Assembly: GCA_951406725.2 (NCBI GenBank)
Contig: OX597834.1
Coordinates: 36,270,001 to 36,334,000 of the forward strand
Reading direction: 5' to 3'
Length of the DNA: 64,000 bases
From: Octopus vulgaris
Taxonomy: Eukaryota
Shown here: piece by piece, positions 13,493 to 27,682 of the stretch
Layout of the letters: each line of letters begins with the position of its first letter
Position numbering within the stretch: the first letter of the stretch is position 1
Translations under genes and position numbers: made by a program
The notes under the pieces: generated by a model
Database searches by the model: none
What the model was told of the DNA's origin: nothing
Seen by the model: only the letters and a program-made list of their open reading frames with translations

Positions 13493-13539
13493 TCATTTTA
13501 TCACGTGAAACCGTTAATTCCTACACATATTTTTTTTCT

Positions 13540-13599
<60 letters not shown>

Positions 13600-14454
13600 T
13601 ACACTCATACATACATACATACACACACATACATACATACATACATACATACATACGTACGTACATACATACCACTGTCTGGAATAGGATAGCAAAAAGT
13701 GGGTATACCTACAAACGAAACTGACTCTTTTGAATCTGATGGTTCAAAAGAATATTGGTAGAACTTAAAACATAAAACAGTCACCGGGTCAAAACGTTGG
13801 GAAGCAAATAATGTTACGGCTGTGAGTGCGCGCGCGCGCGCGAATGCCTAAATGTCACATTCGTCTGAGAGGCAACGAAATGGGTGCATCGCCATCTTCT
13901 ATAACTGCCAATACTGCTGCTGCTGCTACTACAGCCGCCACCACCACCACATCCCCCATCACCACCACCACCACCACCACCACCACTACTACTACTACAA
14001 CTACTGCTACAAAAACAACTACTACTACTACTGCCACCACCAGCACTATTTCTACTGTAACCATGACCAAGATCGCCACCACTAACAACACTACCACCAC
14101 AAACACCACCACCACCACCACCACCACCGCTACGACTACTACTACTAATACTAATACTGCCACCACCAGTACTATTTCTACTGCAACCATGACCGCCACC
14201 ACCACCACCACCACCACCACCACAACAACAACAACAACCACTTCTACTACTACTACAATCTCTACTTCCACTAACACTATAACTACTACAGCCACCACCA
14301 CCACCACCGCCACCACCACAACTACACCTGATAGGTCTTAATGCGCGGAAGGAGAGACTTTGAGTGACATTACTAAACTCTGGGAGAACACCGGAGTTGA
14401 TGGAATTTGGGTGAAAGGGGGGGTGGGAGTCATTGTTGTGATAAAGAAGGGAGC

Positions 14455-15360
14455 TTTTGAAACACGCCGTTTCGAGTTCAGTGCCCTTTCGCGGCAACTT
14501 GTGCCTTCTACGGCCCCGGGCGACCAATGTCTAGTGAGTGAATATGCTAGACGGAAACTGAGAGAATCCCGTCGTTTGTGTGTGTGTGTGTGTGTGTTGG
14601 TGTAAGTGTGTCTGTATGTCTGTGTGACTATGTTTGTCCCTTCCATTGTTTGATAACCGGAGTTGTTTTGTTTATGTCCCTGCAACTTGGCGGTTCGGCA
14701 AAAGCAGTCGATAGAATAAGTACCAGACTTATGAATAAGTATTGATGTTGATTTGTTTGACTAAAATCTTTGAAGGCAATGCCCCAGCATGGGCGCGATC
14801 CAATTACCATAGCAAGTAAAACAAACCGCAAGGTTCTGGTTTCAGTCCCACTGCGTGACACCTTGGACAGGCTGACCGAAGCCTTGTGAGTGGATTTGGT
14901 AGACACCTTGGACAGGCTGACCGAAGCCTTGTGAGTGGATTTGGTAGACGGAAACTGAGAGAAGCCCATTGTGTGTGTGTGTGTGTCCGTCCGTGCATGT
15001 GTATGTTTGTTTGTGTATGTAAGTGTGTGTTTGTGTGTTCGTGCATGTGTGTGTGCATGTGTCTGTGTGTCTGTGTGTGTCCGTGCATGTGTGTGTGTGC
15101 GCGTGCATGTACGTGTGTTTGTGTGTGTATGTGTGTGGCTGTGAATGTCTTTTTAGTCTTTGTCTCGCTCCACCGCTTGACAATCGGTGTCGTTTGTTTA
15201 CGTCCCCGTAACTTAGGAAGTCGACAAAACGAGAACGTTAAAATAAGTAGCGAGCTTAAAAAAAAAGAAGTACCGGAGTCGATCCATTCGACTAAAAGGC
15301 TTTCAAAGCTGTGCTCCAGTATGGCAGCAGCCTAATGCCTAAAATAGATAAAGATGAATA
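14455..15360 (+). mobile_element. Two tandem degenerate SINE family A copies; the second has an internal duplication of about 45 bp
   Basis: gacaccttggacaggctgaccgaagccttgtgagtggatttggta occurs twice (about 14857 and 14902). Family A core and tails are present. Confidence 0.8.
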
Positions 15361-15982
15361 GATGAAAAGAAAAAAAAAATGTGTTACAGGAAGTCCTCTG
15401 TGCAAAAGATGAGAGACACGCGGTTAATAAAGCGAGCAGATTATCATGGCAGACGCAGTTAAAGTCTCATTTCTGGGGGGTTTTTTTTTTTTTTAGGAAC
15501 AGGGTGAGATCGAGATCGACAATAGCAATGAGGAGTGGCCCTGGAACTAGTTTACCAAGATGGTAAACAAATTCAAGGTTACACAACGCGATGTTTAGCA
15601 ACAGGAAGCAGGCCTACATCCCACCTACGACAGCCGTTTTTCTTAGATATGCCACCCGGATTTGAAAATATGTAACTGAAGTTCAGCGTTCTACAATGTG
15701 TTCGTTTGATAAAATGGGAGACGGGAAAACAAGAGGAGAAAAGGGAAACGAAAATAGAATTAAAGAAAAACAAAAGCTGAAGAAAAATACCAAAAAAAAA
15801 AAAGCAAAAGAAAAACACAGAAAGAAAATGGAGAAATTTTCTCTACGAAAAAATGCAATTTCATGCAAAAATTGAGTTAGGCACATTTGCAAACAAATGC
15901 AACTCTTACATGTACATTCTAATGTATATATGTGTGTGTGTGTGTGTGTGTGTAAAATAATATACTATAATTTTTTTAAATA

Positions 15983-16218
15983 CAGAGGGTGTTCAAAAAG
16001 TCTTTGCGCGGGGAATTTTTTTCATCCTGCGCATCACCATGGCGCTACTTCAAGAGTTTTTCGGTAAACGGATTATTTCGAAGGGACTTTGGCCACCAAA
16101 ATTATCTGATTTAACACCACGAGATCTTTTTTCCTGGGGAGCAAATAAAGGATCAGTCTACAAGAATTGCTCGAAAACCATTAAATATTTACTAAGGAGA
16201 GACTTCTTGAACACCCTG
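15983..16218 (+). mobile_element. Internally deleted Tc1-like DNA transposon
   Basis: TIRs cag(a)gggtgttcaaaaagtc and gacttcttgaacaccctg with TA flanks. Encodes LWPPKLSDLTPRDLFSWG, resembling the WPxxSPDL motif. Confidence 0.8.
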
Positions 16219-16224
16219 TAAAAA

Positions 16225-16470
16225 GGACCAACCGATCGTGGCCGTTGCCAGCCTCGCTTGGCACTTGTGCCGGTGGCACGTAAAAAGCACCCACTACACT
16301 CACGGAGTGGTTGCCGTTAGGAAGGGCATCCGGCTGTAGAAACACTGCCAGATCAGACTGGAGCCTGGTGCAGCCTCCTGGCTTCCCAGACCCCGGTCGA
16401 ACCGTCCAACCCATGCTAGCATGGAAAACGGACATTAAACGATGATGTTGATGATGATAATGATGATGAT
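16225..16470 (+). mobile_element. RTE-type LINE/SINE 3' end with (GAT)n tail
   Basis: gttaggaagggcatcc...ccgtccaacccatgctagcatggaaaacggacattaaacgatgatg. Confidence 0.7.
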
Positions 16471-16593
16471 GATGTTATGCAAAATAAAAATAACAGGACA
16501 TAACAACAGGCGTCTTTCGACTAAGGACGAATTAAATTAAGCTGGCGTGTGTGGAAATGAAGCCTTACGGCAGGGATACAAGATTATATATAT

Positions 16594-16654
<61 letters not shown>

Positions 16655-16655
<1 letters not shown>

Positions 16656-16939
16656 TAGCAGTATCGCCCGGCGTTGCTCGGGTTTGTAAGGGAAATAACT
16701 ATATAAGCATTTTTAGAGAGTTACTTCCCTTATATAATAGCAAAAAAATGCATTAAGAATGGGAAAAAATGATGGTAATTTTTTTTTAAATCGTAGACTC
16801 ATCGTAGACGCGCGCTAATACCCAGAAGGACGCGATATGAATGACGACTATAAGATACCCGCTTTTGGTTAAACTGCACCGCAAAATGTGGGAGTAGTTA
16901 GGAATCTAAATCGTAGGAGACAGACACCACACAACCTCA

Positions 16940-16945
<6 letters not shown>
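16655..16945 (-). mobile_element. Non-autonomous Helitron-like element
   Basis: The minus-strand end cccgagcaacgccgggcgatactgCTAG is a GC hairpin followed by CTAG. The same end occurs at 45146. Inserted in (TA)n. Confidence 0.7.
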
Positions 16946-17000
<55 letters not shown>

Positions 17001-17204
17001 CCATATCATGTCACAGATACATGCTGATTCGTCGATCTATAAATCAATCACGGGAAGCTGTAGTGGCTTGCTCGTGATCCCTAGTTGAATGGCTTGCGGT
17101 TGCAGTCTGGATCTCTACACTTGAACCCATAATGTAGGTTACCCGATTTCCATGCGTATAAGAAACCGAGACGTGTCTACGAAGCAAACTTTGTGACCAC
17201 GTGA

Positions 17205-17324
17205 CCCAGTCCCACTGTGTGGCACCTTGGACAAGTGTCTTCTACTATAGCCTCGGGCCGACCAAAGCCTTGTGAGAAGATTTGGTTGACGGAAACTGAA
17301 AGAAGCCCGTCGTATATATATATG

Positions 17325-17419
<95 letters not shown>

Positions 17420-17625
17420 ATGTTTGTGTGTCTGTGTTTGTCCCCCTAGCATTGCTTGACAACCGATGCTGGTGTGTTTATGTACCCGTCACTTAGCGGT
17501 TCGGCAAAACAGACCGATAGAATAAGTACTGGGCTTACGAAGAATAAGTCCCGGGGTCGAGTTGCTCGACTAAAGGCGGTGCTCCAGCATGGCCGCAGTC
17601 AACTGACTGAAACAAGTAAAAGAGT
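17205..17625 (+). mobile_element. SINE family A
   Basis: cagtcccactgtgtggcaccttgg...(TA)n(TG)n...tgactgaaacaagtaaaagag. Confidence 0.9.
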
Positions 17626-17684
17626 ATGCCTGTACTTCTTTTAAGTGAGTTAATTTTTATAGCAGTTCGTGGCGTTTTGAGTCA

Positions 17685-18042
17685 TTTACAGCTGAGAGGA
17701 CTGGGGCAAAGTGAAATGAATATAACACCCCACTCGATCCGGAAAACGAGACACCAATATTCTTTTCTACTCTAGGCACAAAGTCCGAAATTCTTGGGGT
17801 GGGTCCAGTCGATTTGATCGACCCTAGTACGCAACTGGTACTTAATTTAGCGACCCCGAAAGGATGAAAGGCAAACGAAACACCAATATTCTTTTCTACT
17901 CTAGGCACAAAGCCCGAAATTCTTGGGGAGAGTCCAGTCAATTAGATCGACCCCAGTACGCAACTGGTACTTAATTTAGCGACCCCGAAACACCAATTTT
18001 GAGATTGTGAGTGCAACACCTTAATCACAAGGTCACGTGCTT
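17685..18042 (-). mobile_element. Old tRNA-SINE (family C related) interrupted by a tandemly duplicated SINE B 3' fragment
   Basis: Two units of about 125 bp (17745-17872 and 17873-17990) are bounded by (g)acaccaat repeats. The host head ends ...caaggtcacgtgctt. Confidence 0.7.
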
Positions 18043-18044
18043 TT

Positions 18045-18370
18045 ACGTGACATCACATGGTCTCATGATTTCTCCCGCGTTATAACGTCACCACACTTCA
18101 TTTGTGATGCGTGGTGTCACACGCGATTGAGTTACATGCACTACGTTGGTTTTTCGCTTTGAATTGCCAATTACTTCACGTTCGCCAAGTGTCGTATTTC
18201 GTCATTTCCGTTACCCATAATGCACTGTGAATCAGCACGCTGCTGAGTTAACTAACAAAACAAAGCAAAACAAAACAAAAAAAAAAAAACCCCAAAAGAA
18301 ACAAATTGCGGCAAAACTCTCTTTGACACAAAGTTGATTAGCGGGAAAGTAGGTAACCTTCGGTAGCACA

Positions 18371-18457
<87 letters not shown>

Positions 18458-18620
18458 CGTTGTTGTTGTCGTTGTTGTTGTTGTTATTATTAATCATGCC
18501 ATGGCCAAGGGACCGGGAGGTGTGGGCGGAGAAATGGTGTCGGGGTGAACTTATGTAATTGGTCTCATTGGTTGGACGCTGCGGAAACTAGAGAAAAATA
18601 CTGGTTTGGCGCACTGACAT
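18045..18620. promoter_or_regulatory. Candidate promoter/enhancer motif cluster
   Basis: CpG-rich unique DNA (with an internal TTA repeat) carrying Staf/ZNF143-like TACCCATAATGCACTG (18212-18227), E2F-like GCGGGAAA (18341), GC box GGGCGG (18524), TTATGTAA (18551) and two inverted CCAAT boxes (18558, 18567). Confidence 0.4.
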
Positions 18621-19250
18621 ACATACATACATACATACATACACACATACATACATACATACATACATACATACATACATACATACATACATACATACAT
18701 ACATACATACATACATACATACATACATACATACATACATACATACATACACACATACATACATACATACATACATACATACATACATACATACATACAT
18801 ACAAGCATTACATAAACACATATTTAAATGCATACGTACACACATACATTCATGCAAACACACACATATATATATATACACATACGTATGACAGACATAC
18901 ATACATACACACATGCACCCACACAGACACACAGACACATAAACACACTCACACGTAAATGCATATGCGTATATACACAAGTATAAAATATATATGCATA
19001 TATGTCAGTGTATAATACATGAGAAAGAGAGAGAGAAACAGACAGACAGACAGACAGACAGAGACATAGACAGAGAGGAAGAAAGGGTGGGGAGAGAGGG
19101 CCGAGACAGAGTTTGTAAAAGCAAATATATGCAGTTTAGTTAGGTGTATATATAGAGATAGACATACATACACATAGATACACACATACACACATACGCA
19201 CCAGCAACATATATATATATATGCACACATACATCTATATATATATATAT

Positions 19251-19375
<125 letters not shown>

Positions 19376-19541
19376 TACATCAATATATATATATATATAT
19401 ATATATACATACATACATATATGCATATATATATATATATATACATACATACATACATATATGCATATATATATATATATACATATATATATACATGCAC
19501 ATATACATGTATATATATATCCATGTATATATGTACATTTT

Positions 19542-19574
<33 letters not shown>

Positions 19575-19851
19575 GTATTATGTAATATGCGTCTGTTTCA
19601 TGCCCTCGCATTGTTCGTTATGTCAGTGGGCTTGGGTGGGTGGGTGGGTGGGTGGGGTGTTTGGAATTGGTGTGATGTTGAGAGGAAGTGGAATGACATT
19701 AGGAGCCTGGAAGGTGACTTGGTGGCTTGATTGGTTTTCAAAAACGGACTCTCTATGAATGACACACATATGATGTAACGGAAATATAACGCCATTTTGG
19801 AATGTGGGCTTATTGTCAATCTTGCCTGCGGTGCTATTAATGGTGGCAGTG

Positions 19852-19962
<111 letters not shown>

Positions 19963-20189
19963 TGTTGTTGTTGTGTAGTAGTAGTAGCAAAATTGTTATC
20001 ATTATTATCATTATAGATATTATTGTTATAATGATGACAGTAAATATTCTCATCATTTTCATCATCATCACCATCATTATCATCATCACTACCAACATCA
20101 CAACCTATGTCCTCCTCATCATCATCATCTCCATCCTCATTATCATCAAGAAGTTATCAAGTAGTTATCACTATAACTCTTTTTTTTCT

Positions 20190-20663
<474 letters not shown>

Positions 20664-20729
20664 TAATAAATTTCTTTAAAAATTTCTTGAACTCAATGAC
20701 TCAAATGTGTCTGGATTGAGTGAGAGATG

Positions 20730-21332
20730 CAGTGCTGATAGAGGCGGTGCTGACAGAGGCGGTACTGATAGAGGCGGTGTTGATAGAGGCGGTGCTGACA
20801 GAGGCGGTGCTGATAGAGGCGGTGCTGATAGAGGCGGTGCTGATAGAGGCGGTGCCGATAGAGGCGGTGCCGAAGAGGCGGTGCCGATAGTGGCGGTTCT
20901 GATAGAGGCGGTGCTGATATAGGCGGTACCGATAGAGGTGGTACCGATAGAGGCGGTGCTGATTGAGGCGGTGCCGATAGAGGCGGTGCTGATAGAGGCG
21001 GTGCCGAAGAGACGGTGACGAAGAGGCGGTGCCGATAGAGGCGGTGCCGAAGAGGCGGTGCCGATAGAGGCGACTCTGATAGAGGCGGTGCCGATAGAGG
21101 CGGTGACGAAGAGGCGGTGCCGATAGAGGAGGTGACGAAGAGGCGGTGCCGATAGAGGCGGTTCTGATAGAGGCAGTGCTGATAGAGGCGGTGCCGAAGA
21201 GGCGGTGACGAAGAGGCGGTGCCGATAGAGGCGGTTCTGATAGAGGCAGTGCTGATAGAGGCGGTGCCGAAGAGGCGGTGCCGATAGAGGCGGTTCTGAT
21301 AGAGGCGCTGCCGATAGAGGCGGTGCTGATAG
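20730..21332. repeat. GC-rich minisatellite, 15-bp unit GATAGAGGCGGTGC(C/T) with 14-bp variants GAAGAGGCGGTG(CC/AC)
   Basis: About 40 tandem units are directly visible. Confidence 0.95.
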
Positions 21333-21399
21333 GCAATCCCAAGAACGCTATCTATTTTGCCAAAATGTCGGCTTTGTGTCAGTATATTTTATATTGGGG

Positions 21400-21652
21400 G
21401 GCAAAAGTAAAGTTCCTTCCCGAGTCATATAAAATCATAGGAACAGTTTTCCGGTTTTCATGGCGTATATATTGCCCACATCTGGACGGGACGCCGGTCC
21501 GTCGCAGGATTACTCATTTTTGTCAGCTGAAAGGACTGGAGTGGACCGAGGTGAACTGGATCAACGTGGACATCGCGTCGCCCGGTCTAGGAACCGAAAC
21601 CGCAATGCTACGGTCATGGGTCCAACACCCTAACCACTAAGCCACGTGCTCC
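21400..21652 (-). mobile_element. tRNA-derived SINE (family C related)
   Basis: Minus-strand head ggagcacgtggcttagtggttagggtgttggac...ggtttcggttcct with A/B-box-like motifs. Confidence 0.75.
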
Positions 21653-22298
21653 CACTATATTAACTAGTCGTTAATTTTTGGAAACACTTGTTGGACGCGG
21701 CAAAGCAACAATGTGTCGGTAATAGGTTCCCACCTTTCTGCATTTTACCGTTTGTCGTATTGTACAAGTCGTGGGATCATCCACCTTCCGCTTGCATCAG
21801 GAAACGCAGCTAATTTTCGTTTAAGCGCAGTTACATCAGCTGCGATTAATAATCGAGTTACCTGCTCTTTCCCCTCCAAGCATGTTTCATCAACGATAAG
21901 TATATTCACGTGCACTGTACCTCCAGATATACACTCACACACAGATCACTGCCAATACACCTCACGTACACACACACACACACATGCACACACACTGACA
22001 GTTTATCACACACGCCGACAATATATTTATCTCACTATCACACAAACACATTACTAAGCTTTGTTCACAATATACACACACCGCCTCAGGACACATGCTC
22101 ATACACACATTTAACTTGCTTACATACATCGTTACATCCGCCCACGCTTATCGCATTTATCTCCTTTAATTCTTTTTATTTTGGTTAGAAGCTGCTATTC
22201 TACACAATTCTACTTCACTTACTTCCGTCCTGCCATTCGCCAATTCTGATTTACTCTCATTATCGCTTAACATTCATTTCTTTTTTCATTTCGTTTCT

Positions 22299-22334
22299 GT
22301 TCTTGATGAAGGACCATTGTCCGAAGCGTCGAAT
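22299..22334 (+). ncRNA. Degenerate minimal hammerhead motif in a Penelope-like terminal repeat
   Basis: gttc-TTGATGA-A-GGAC(catt)GTCC-GAAG-CG-TC-gaat, with two core substitutions. Confidence 0.5.
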
Positions 22335-22507
22335 TCTCCTGCATTCTTCTCGCCGTGTAATTTATATTGATTTTCTACTCTTGTCCTTTGTTGTGTTGTT
22401 GATGTTGTTTTCTTCTGTTGTTATTGTTGTTGTGGCTGTTAAATGTTTGCTTAGTTTTTCCACGAGAATATTCCAACACTGATGCTACTCCCGAATGTCC
22501 ACTAGAT

Positions 22508-22570
<63 letters not shown>

Positions 22571-22787
22571 TTTCTACTACTACTACTACCATCACTACCA
22601 TCACCACCACTACCACAACCAGCACCACCACCACAACCACCACCATCACAACCACCACCAATAGTACTACTACTGCTGCTGGTGGTACTACTACTACTAC
22701 TACCACCACCATTTCTACAACCATCACTACCATCACCACCACCACAACCACCACCAATACTACTACTACTTCTACAACTGCTGCTGG

Positions 22788-22840
<53 letters not shown>

Positions 22841-23080
22841 ACTACTCTCTACCTCACCTTACTCCTTTCCTTTCAACCTTTCTCATTTTTCCTCTTCCGG
22901 CCCATTCCTCCTCCACACTTTTTCGTCCTCTCTAGTTTCGCTGACCTTTATCGCTCGTCTATTATGGACAACTCCATTAATACACTCATTTCACTTCTGC
23001 ATCATTGAGGAAAACGATTCTAAGTCGGAAAATTCTGTTTCTAAACGTGTTTGTGCATGCGTGCATGCGTGCGTGCGTGC

Positions 23081-23141
<61 letters not shown>

Positions 23142-23539
23142 TGCTTACGAGCGCGCGCACGTGTGTTTGTGGTGGCCCACTCCCAGCAACACCGTTTTGA
23201 CATCCGGTGTTGGTTTATTTACGATCCCTTAATTTACCTGTTAAATACGCTGTCCGACAGAATAAGTTCCAGACTTTAAAATCATGTAGTGTAGATGGTT
23301 TGTTCGCGATATCGCAGGTTCAATTCCCAGCCCGGGTGGTGTGATATATTTCCTGAGCAAAACACTACCCGTTGTTCTGCGACCATTTCGACACTCGACG
23401 TGGGGTGGTACATCGTGTACCTGTTTAGGCAGTGGCCTAATGTGCAGCACAAATATTTGGTCACTACAAATTATTTGTGCTGGTTGTTTGGCAAGACATT
23501 GCAGAATCGTCTTCCTTGGACTCGAGAGACTATCACAGG

Positions 23540-24310
<771 letters not shown>

Positions 24311-24381
24311 TGTGTGTGTGTGTGTGTATAAAGAAACGATATGACACAGCTAAAACAATGGTTTATGCTATGAACTTCATT

Positions 24382-24462
24382 AGCTGACAGCTGTTTCTGC
24401 TATAAGGTGTAGTGGACTTGTAGTTGAGTGCCCGAATAGCTTCCTGTTGCTTCGTCGGAGTC
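24382..24462 (-). ncRNA. Degenerate hammerhead-like motif
   Basis: Minus strand gact-CCGACGA-...ATAGCA-GAAA-CAGCTG-TC-agct. Palindromic stem III and GUC site; core and stems are eroded. Confidence 0.4.
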
Positions 24463-24610
24463 TCGAATATGAAGTGCAATTTATTTGAGAAAAAGAATTG
24501 CAAAATACAAGGAAAGCATTACTAGTGAGAAAGTCACTACTGATCTATAATTAATAAATAAAAAGTCTATCTCCAAAAGTCAATTAAATTTACTAGTATA
24601 TGTATGTAGG

Positions 24611-24995
24611 TGGAGGCGCAATGGCCCAGTGGTTAGGGCAGCGGACTCGCGGTCGTAGGATCGCGGTTTCGATTCCCAGACCGGGCGTTGTGAGTGTTTA
24701 TTGAGCGAAAACACCTAAAAGCTCCACGAGGCTCCGGCAGGGGATGGTGGTGATCCCTGCTGTACTCTTTCACCACAGCTTTCTCTCACTCTTACTTCCT
24801 GTTTCTGTTGTACCTGTATTTCAAAGGGCCGGCCTTGTCCCTCTCTGTGTCACGCTGAATATCCCCGAGAACTACGTTAAGGGTACACGTGTCTGTGGAG
24901 TGCTCGGGCACTTACACGTTAATTTCACGAGCAGGCTGTTCCGTTGATTCGGATCAACCGGAACCCTCGTCGTCGTAACTGACGGAGTGCTTCCA
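24611..24995 (+). mobile_element. tRNA-derived SINE family C, full length
   Basis: Head ggaggcgcaatggcccagtggttagggcagcggactcgcgg...ggtttcgattccca; tail gtcgtcgtaactgacggagtgcttcca. Confidence 0.9.
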
Positions 24996-25012
24996 CAAAA
25001 AATGTATGTAGG

Positions 25013-25061
<49 letters not shown>

Positions 25062-25359
25062 GTGTGTGTTAATTTTGGGAGTTGTTATCTTAAAGGAATT
25101 TTAAGAATAGCAACAAAGCATATTGTTTATTGAGACGATTCACTTCCGAAAGTAGACTTAAGTAGGTTAAACCTCAGTTAAATTAGCTTTAACTGAGGTT
25201 TAAGTTTCGGCTCACGGATTATTCGAGCTGACTGCTTGAATTAACCTCCGGGCGAAACTAAATAACTATTCCAGTCAAAACTAATATTTATAATTAAACA
25301 CACAGACACTCTCTCGCATGCTCAATCACTGTACTTTATATTCATGTATATATAGATAG

Positions 25360-25401
<42 letters not shown>

Positions 25402-25502
25402 GTATGTATGCACACACACACACACACACACACACATACATAAATTGTCGTGGCACTTCGTCGGTTACGTGTCTGTGGAGTGCTCAGGCACTTACACGTT
25501 AA

Positions 25503-25546
<44 letters not shown>

Positions 25547-25635
25547 CGTATGTGTGTGTTCATTTTGGGAGTTGTTACGTTAAAGGAATTTTAAGAATAG
25601 CAACAAAACATATTGTTTCTTAATGAGACGATTAG

Positions 25636-25942
25636 TTAATGTGCGAGTGGCTGAGCACTCCACAGACACATGTACCCTTAACGTAGTTCTCGGGGAGATT
25701 CAACGTGACAACAGAGAGTGACAAGGCTGGCCCCTCTGAAATACAGGTACAACAGAAACAGGAAGAAAGAGTGAGAAAAAGCTGTGGTGAAAGAATACAG
25801 CAGGGTTCGCCAACACCCCCTGCCGGAGCCTCGTAGAGGTTTCAGTGCTTTCGCTCAATAAACACAACGCTCGATCTGGGAATCGAAACCGCGATCCTAT
25901 GACTGTGAATCCGATGTCCTAACCACTGGGCCATTGCGTCTC
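25636..25942 (-). mobile_element. SINE family C, 3'-truncated
   Basis: Reverse complement of about 24611-24930. Confidence 0.88.
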
Positions 25943-26030
25943 CATACATAAATACATATACGTTAAATATGTGTACAAAAGATATATATGTTTATATCGA
26001 TCTATATACATACACACACGCACATTTATA

Positions 26031-26082
<52 letters not shown>

Positions 26083-26365
26083 AACATACATATTTATATA
26101 TATATATATCCATCCATCCATACATACATACATACACATACACATATGTATATATGTATGTAAGTATGTATGTATGTATGTATGTATGTATGTATGTATG
26201 TATGTATGTATGTATGCATGCATGTATGTATGTATGCATGTATGTATGTATGTATGGATGGATGGATTGATGGATGGATGGATAGATAGTTAGACAGACA
26301 GACACAGACAGACAGGCAGACACAGACAGACAGGCAGACACAGACAGACAGACAGACAGATAGAC

Positions 26366-26428
<63 letters not shown>

Positions 26429-26719
26429 CTGATTGGTAGATTCACGTGTGTATGTGTGTCTATATAATATTCGCATGGCCGTATGTCCGAGCATGCGTTT
26501 AACACACGACTTTACTCATCGCTAATTAAAGCTATTATCATCCATTAAAACTATGTCATAAATAATTAAAGCTATTATCCACCACAATAAGTATAGTGAA
26601 TCTTATTAATTTTCCGCAACTTCATTAAATCCTCCATTACACCAACCAATTAAGAATTCAATTTCCGACCCAATGATCACGATGTGTCATACCATCATAT
26701 TAGGACAGTCAGGTTGTTT

Positions 26720-27167
26720 TGGTGGTGGTGGTGGTGGTGGTGGTGGTGGTTGTGGTGATGGTGATGGTGATGGTGATGGTGCTGGTGATGGTGATGGTGC
26801 TGGTGATGGTGATGGTGCTGGTGGTGGTTGTGGTAGTGGTGGTGGTGGTGGTGGTGATGGTGATGGTGCTGGTTGTGGTGATGGTGATGGTACTGGTGCT
26901 GGTGATGGTGATGGTGCTGGTGGTGGTGATGGTGATGGTGCTGGTGGTGGTTGTGGTAGTGGTGGTGGTGGTGGTGGTGATGGTGATGGTGGTGGTTGTG
27001 GTAGTGGTGTTGGTGGTGGTGGTGGTGGTGGTGGTGGTGGTGGTGGTGATGGTGATGGTGATGGTGATGGTGATGGTGGTGGTGATGGTGCTGGTGGTGG
27101 TGATGGTGATGGTGCTGGTGGTGGTTGTGGTAGTGGTGGTGGTGGTGGTTGGTGGTTGGTGGTGGTG
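26720..27167. repeat. (GGT)n-based compound repeat with higher-order GAT/GCT/TGT/AGT variants
   Basis: The block GAT GGT GCT GGT GGT GGT TGT GGT AGT recurs. Confidence 0.9.
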
Positions 27168-27480
27168 GACTGCACCGATTGGGAGAGATCCTTCTATTAA
27201 CCCGTGCTTACCGGACTGAGAGACTAGCGAGGACCTTGGTCAAGATGTCCTTTGACCCTTTTATCTTTAACACGTTTCAGTCATTACACTGAATCGACAT
27301 CATTACCTCCCTTTTGAAATCCTAGTACTTGTTTTATTGGACATTTTTGCAGAACCGTTAATTTACGAGGACACAAACAAACCAGCACCGGTTGTCAATC
27401 GGTGGTAGAGGACAAACACAGTCACACAGCACATCCATACAACACGCACGTACACACACACACACACACAAGCACACACA

Positions 27481-27679
27481 AAGGGCTGAAAAATTCCTGG
27501 CTTTGGGTTAAAAGAAAATACAGGACGATCAGTTAATTATGATTTTATTCAACATATTCCCCTCTCAGATTCACACATTTATTGCAGCAGTCCTTCAGTT
27601 TTTCTAAGCCCTGTAAAAAAAACTCAGAACGTTGGGCCTCCAGCAAGGCCTTTCGCGACACCCTTAAAGCCAGAAACTT
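27481..27679 (-). mobile_element. Mariner-derived MITE with its right TIR truncated
   Basis: gggctgaaaaattcctggcttt and aaagccagaaactt are inverted ends. The minus strand encodes QGLEKLKDCCNKCVNLRGEYVE*. Confidence 0.75.
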
Positions 27680-27682
27680 ATA

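Noticed and set aside
18031-18042. E-box GGTCACGTGC as a regulatory site
   Set aside because: It is the 5' end of a SINE head (compare 21640-21652).
20730-21332. CRISPR-like array
   Set aside because: No unique spacers, no cas genes, and a eukaryotic context.
20701-21342. 213-aa ORF across the minisatellite
   Set aside because: All three minus-strand frames of the unit are stop-free, and 14-bp variants shift the peptide phase, so the ORF is not evidence of coding.
24611-24690. tRNA gene
   Set aside because: It is the tRNA-derived head of a multi-copy SINE, with no proper acceptor stem or terminator.
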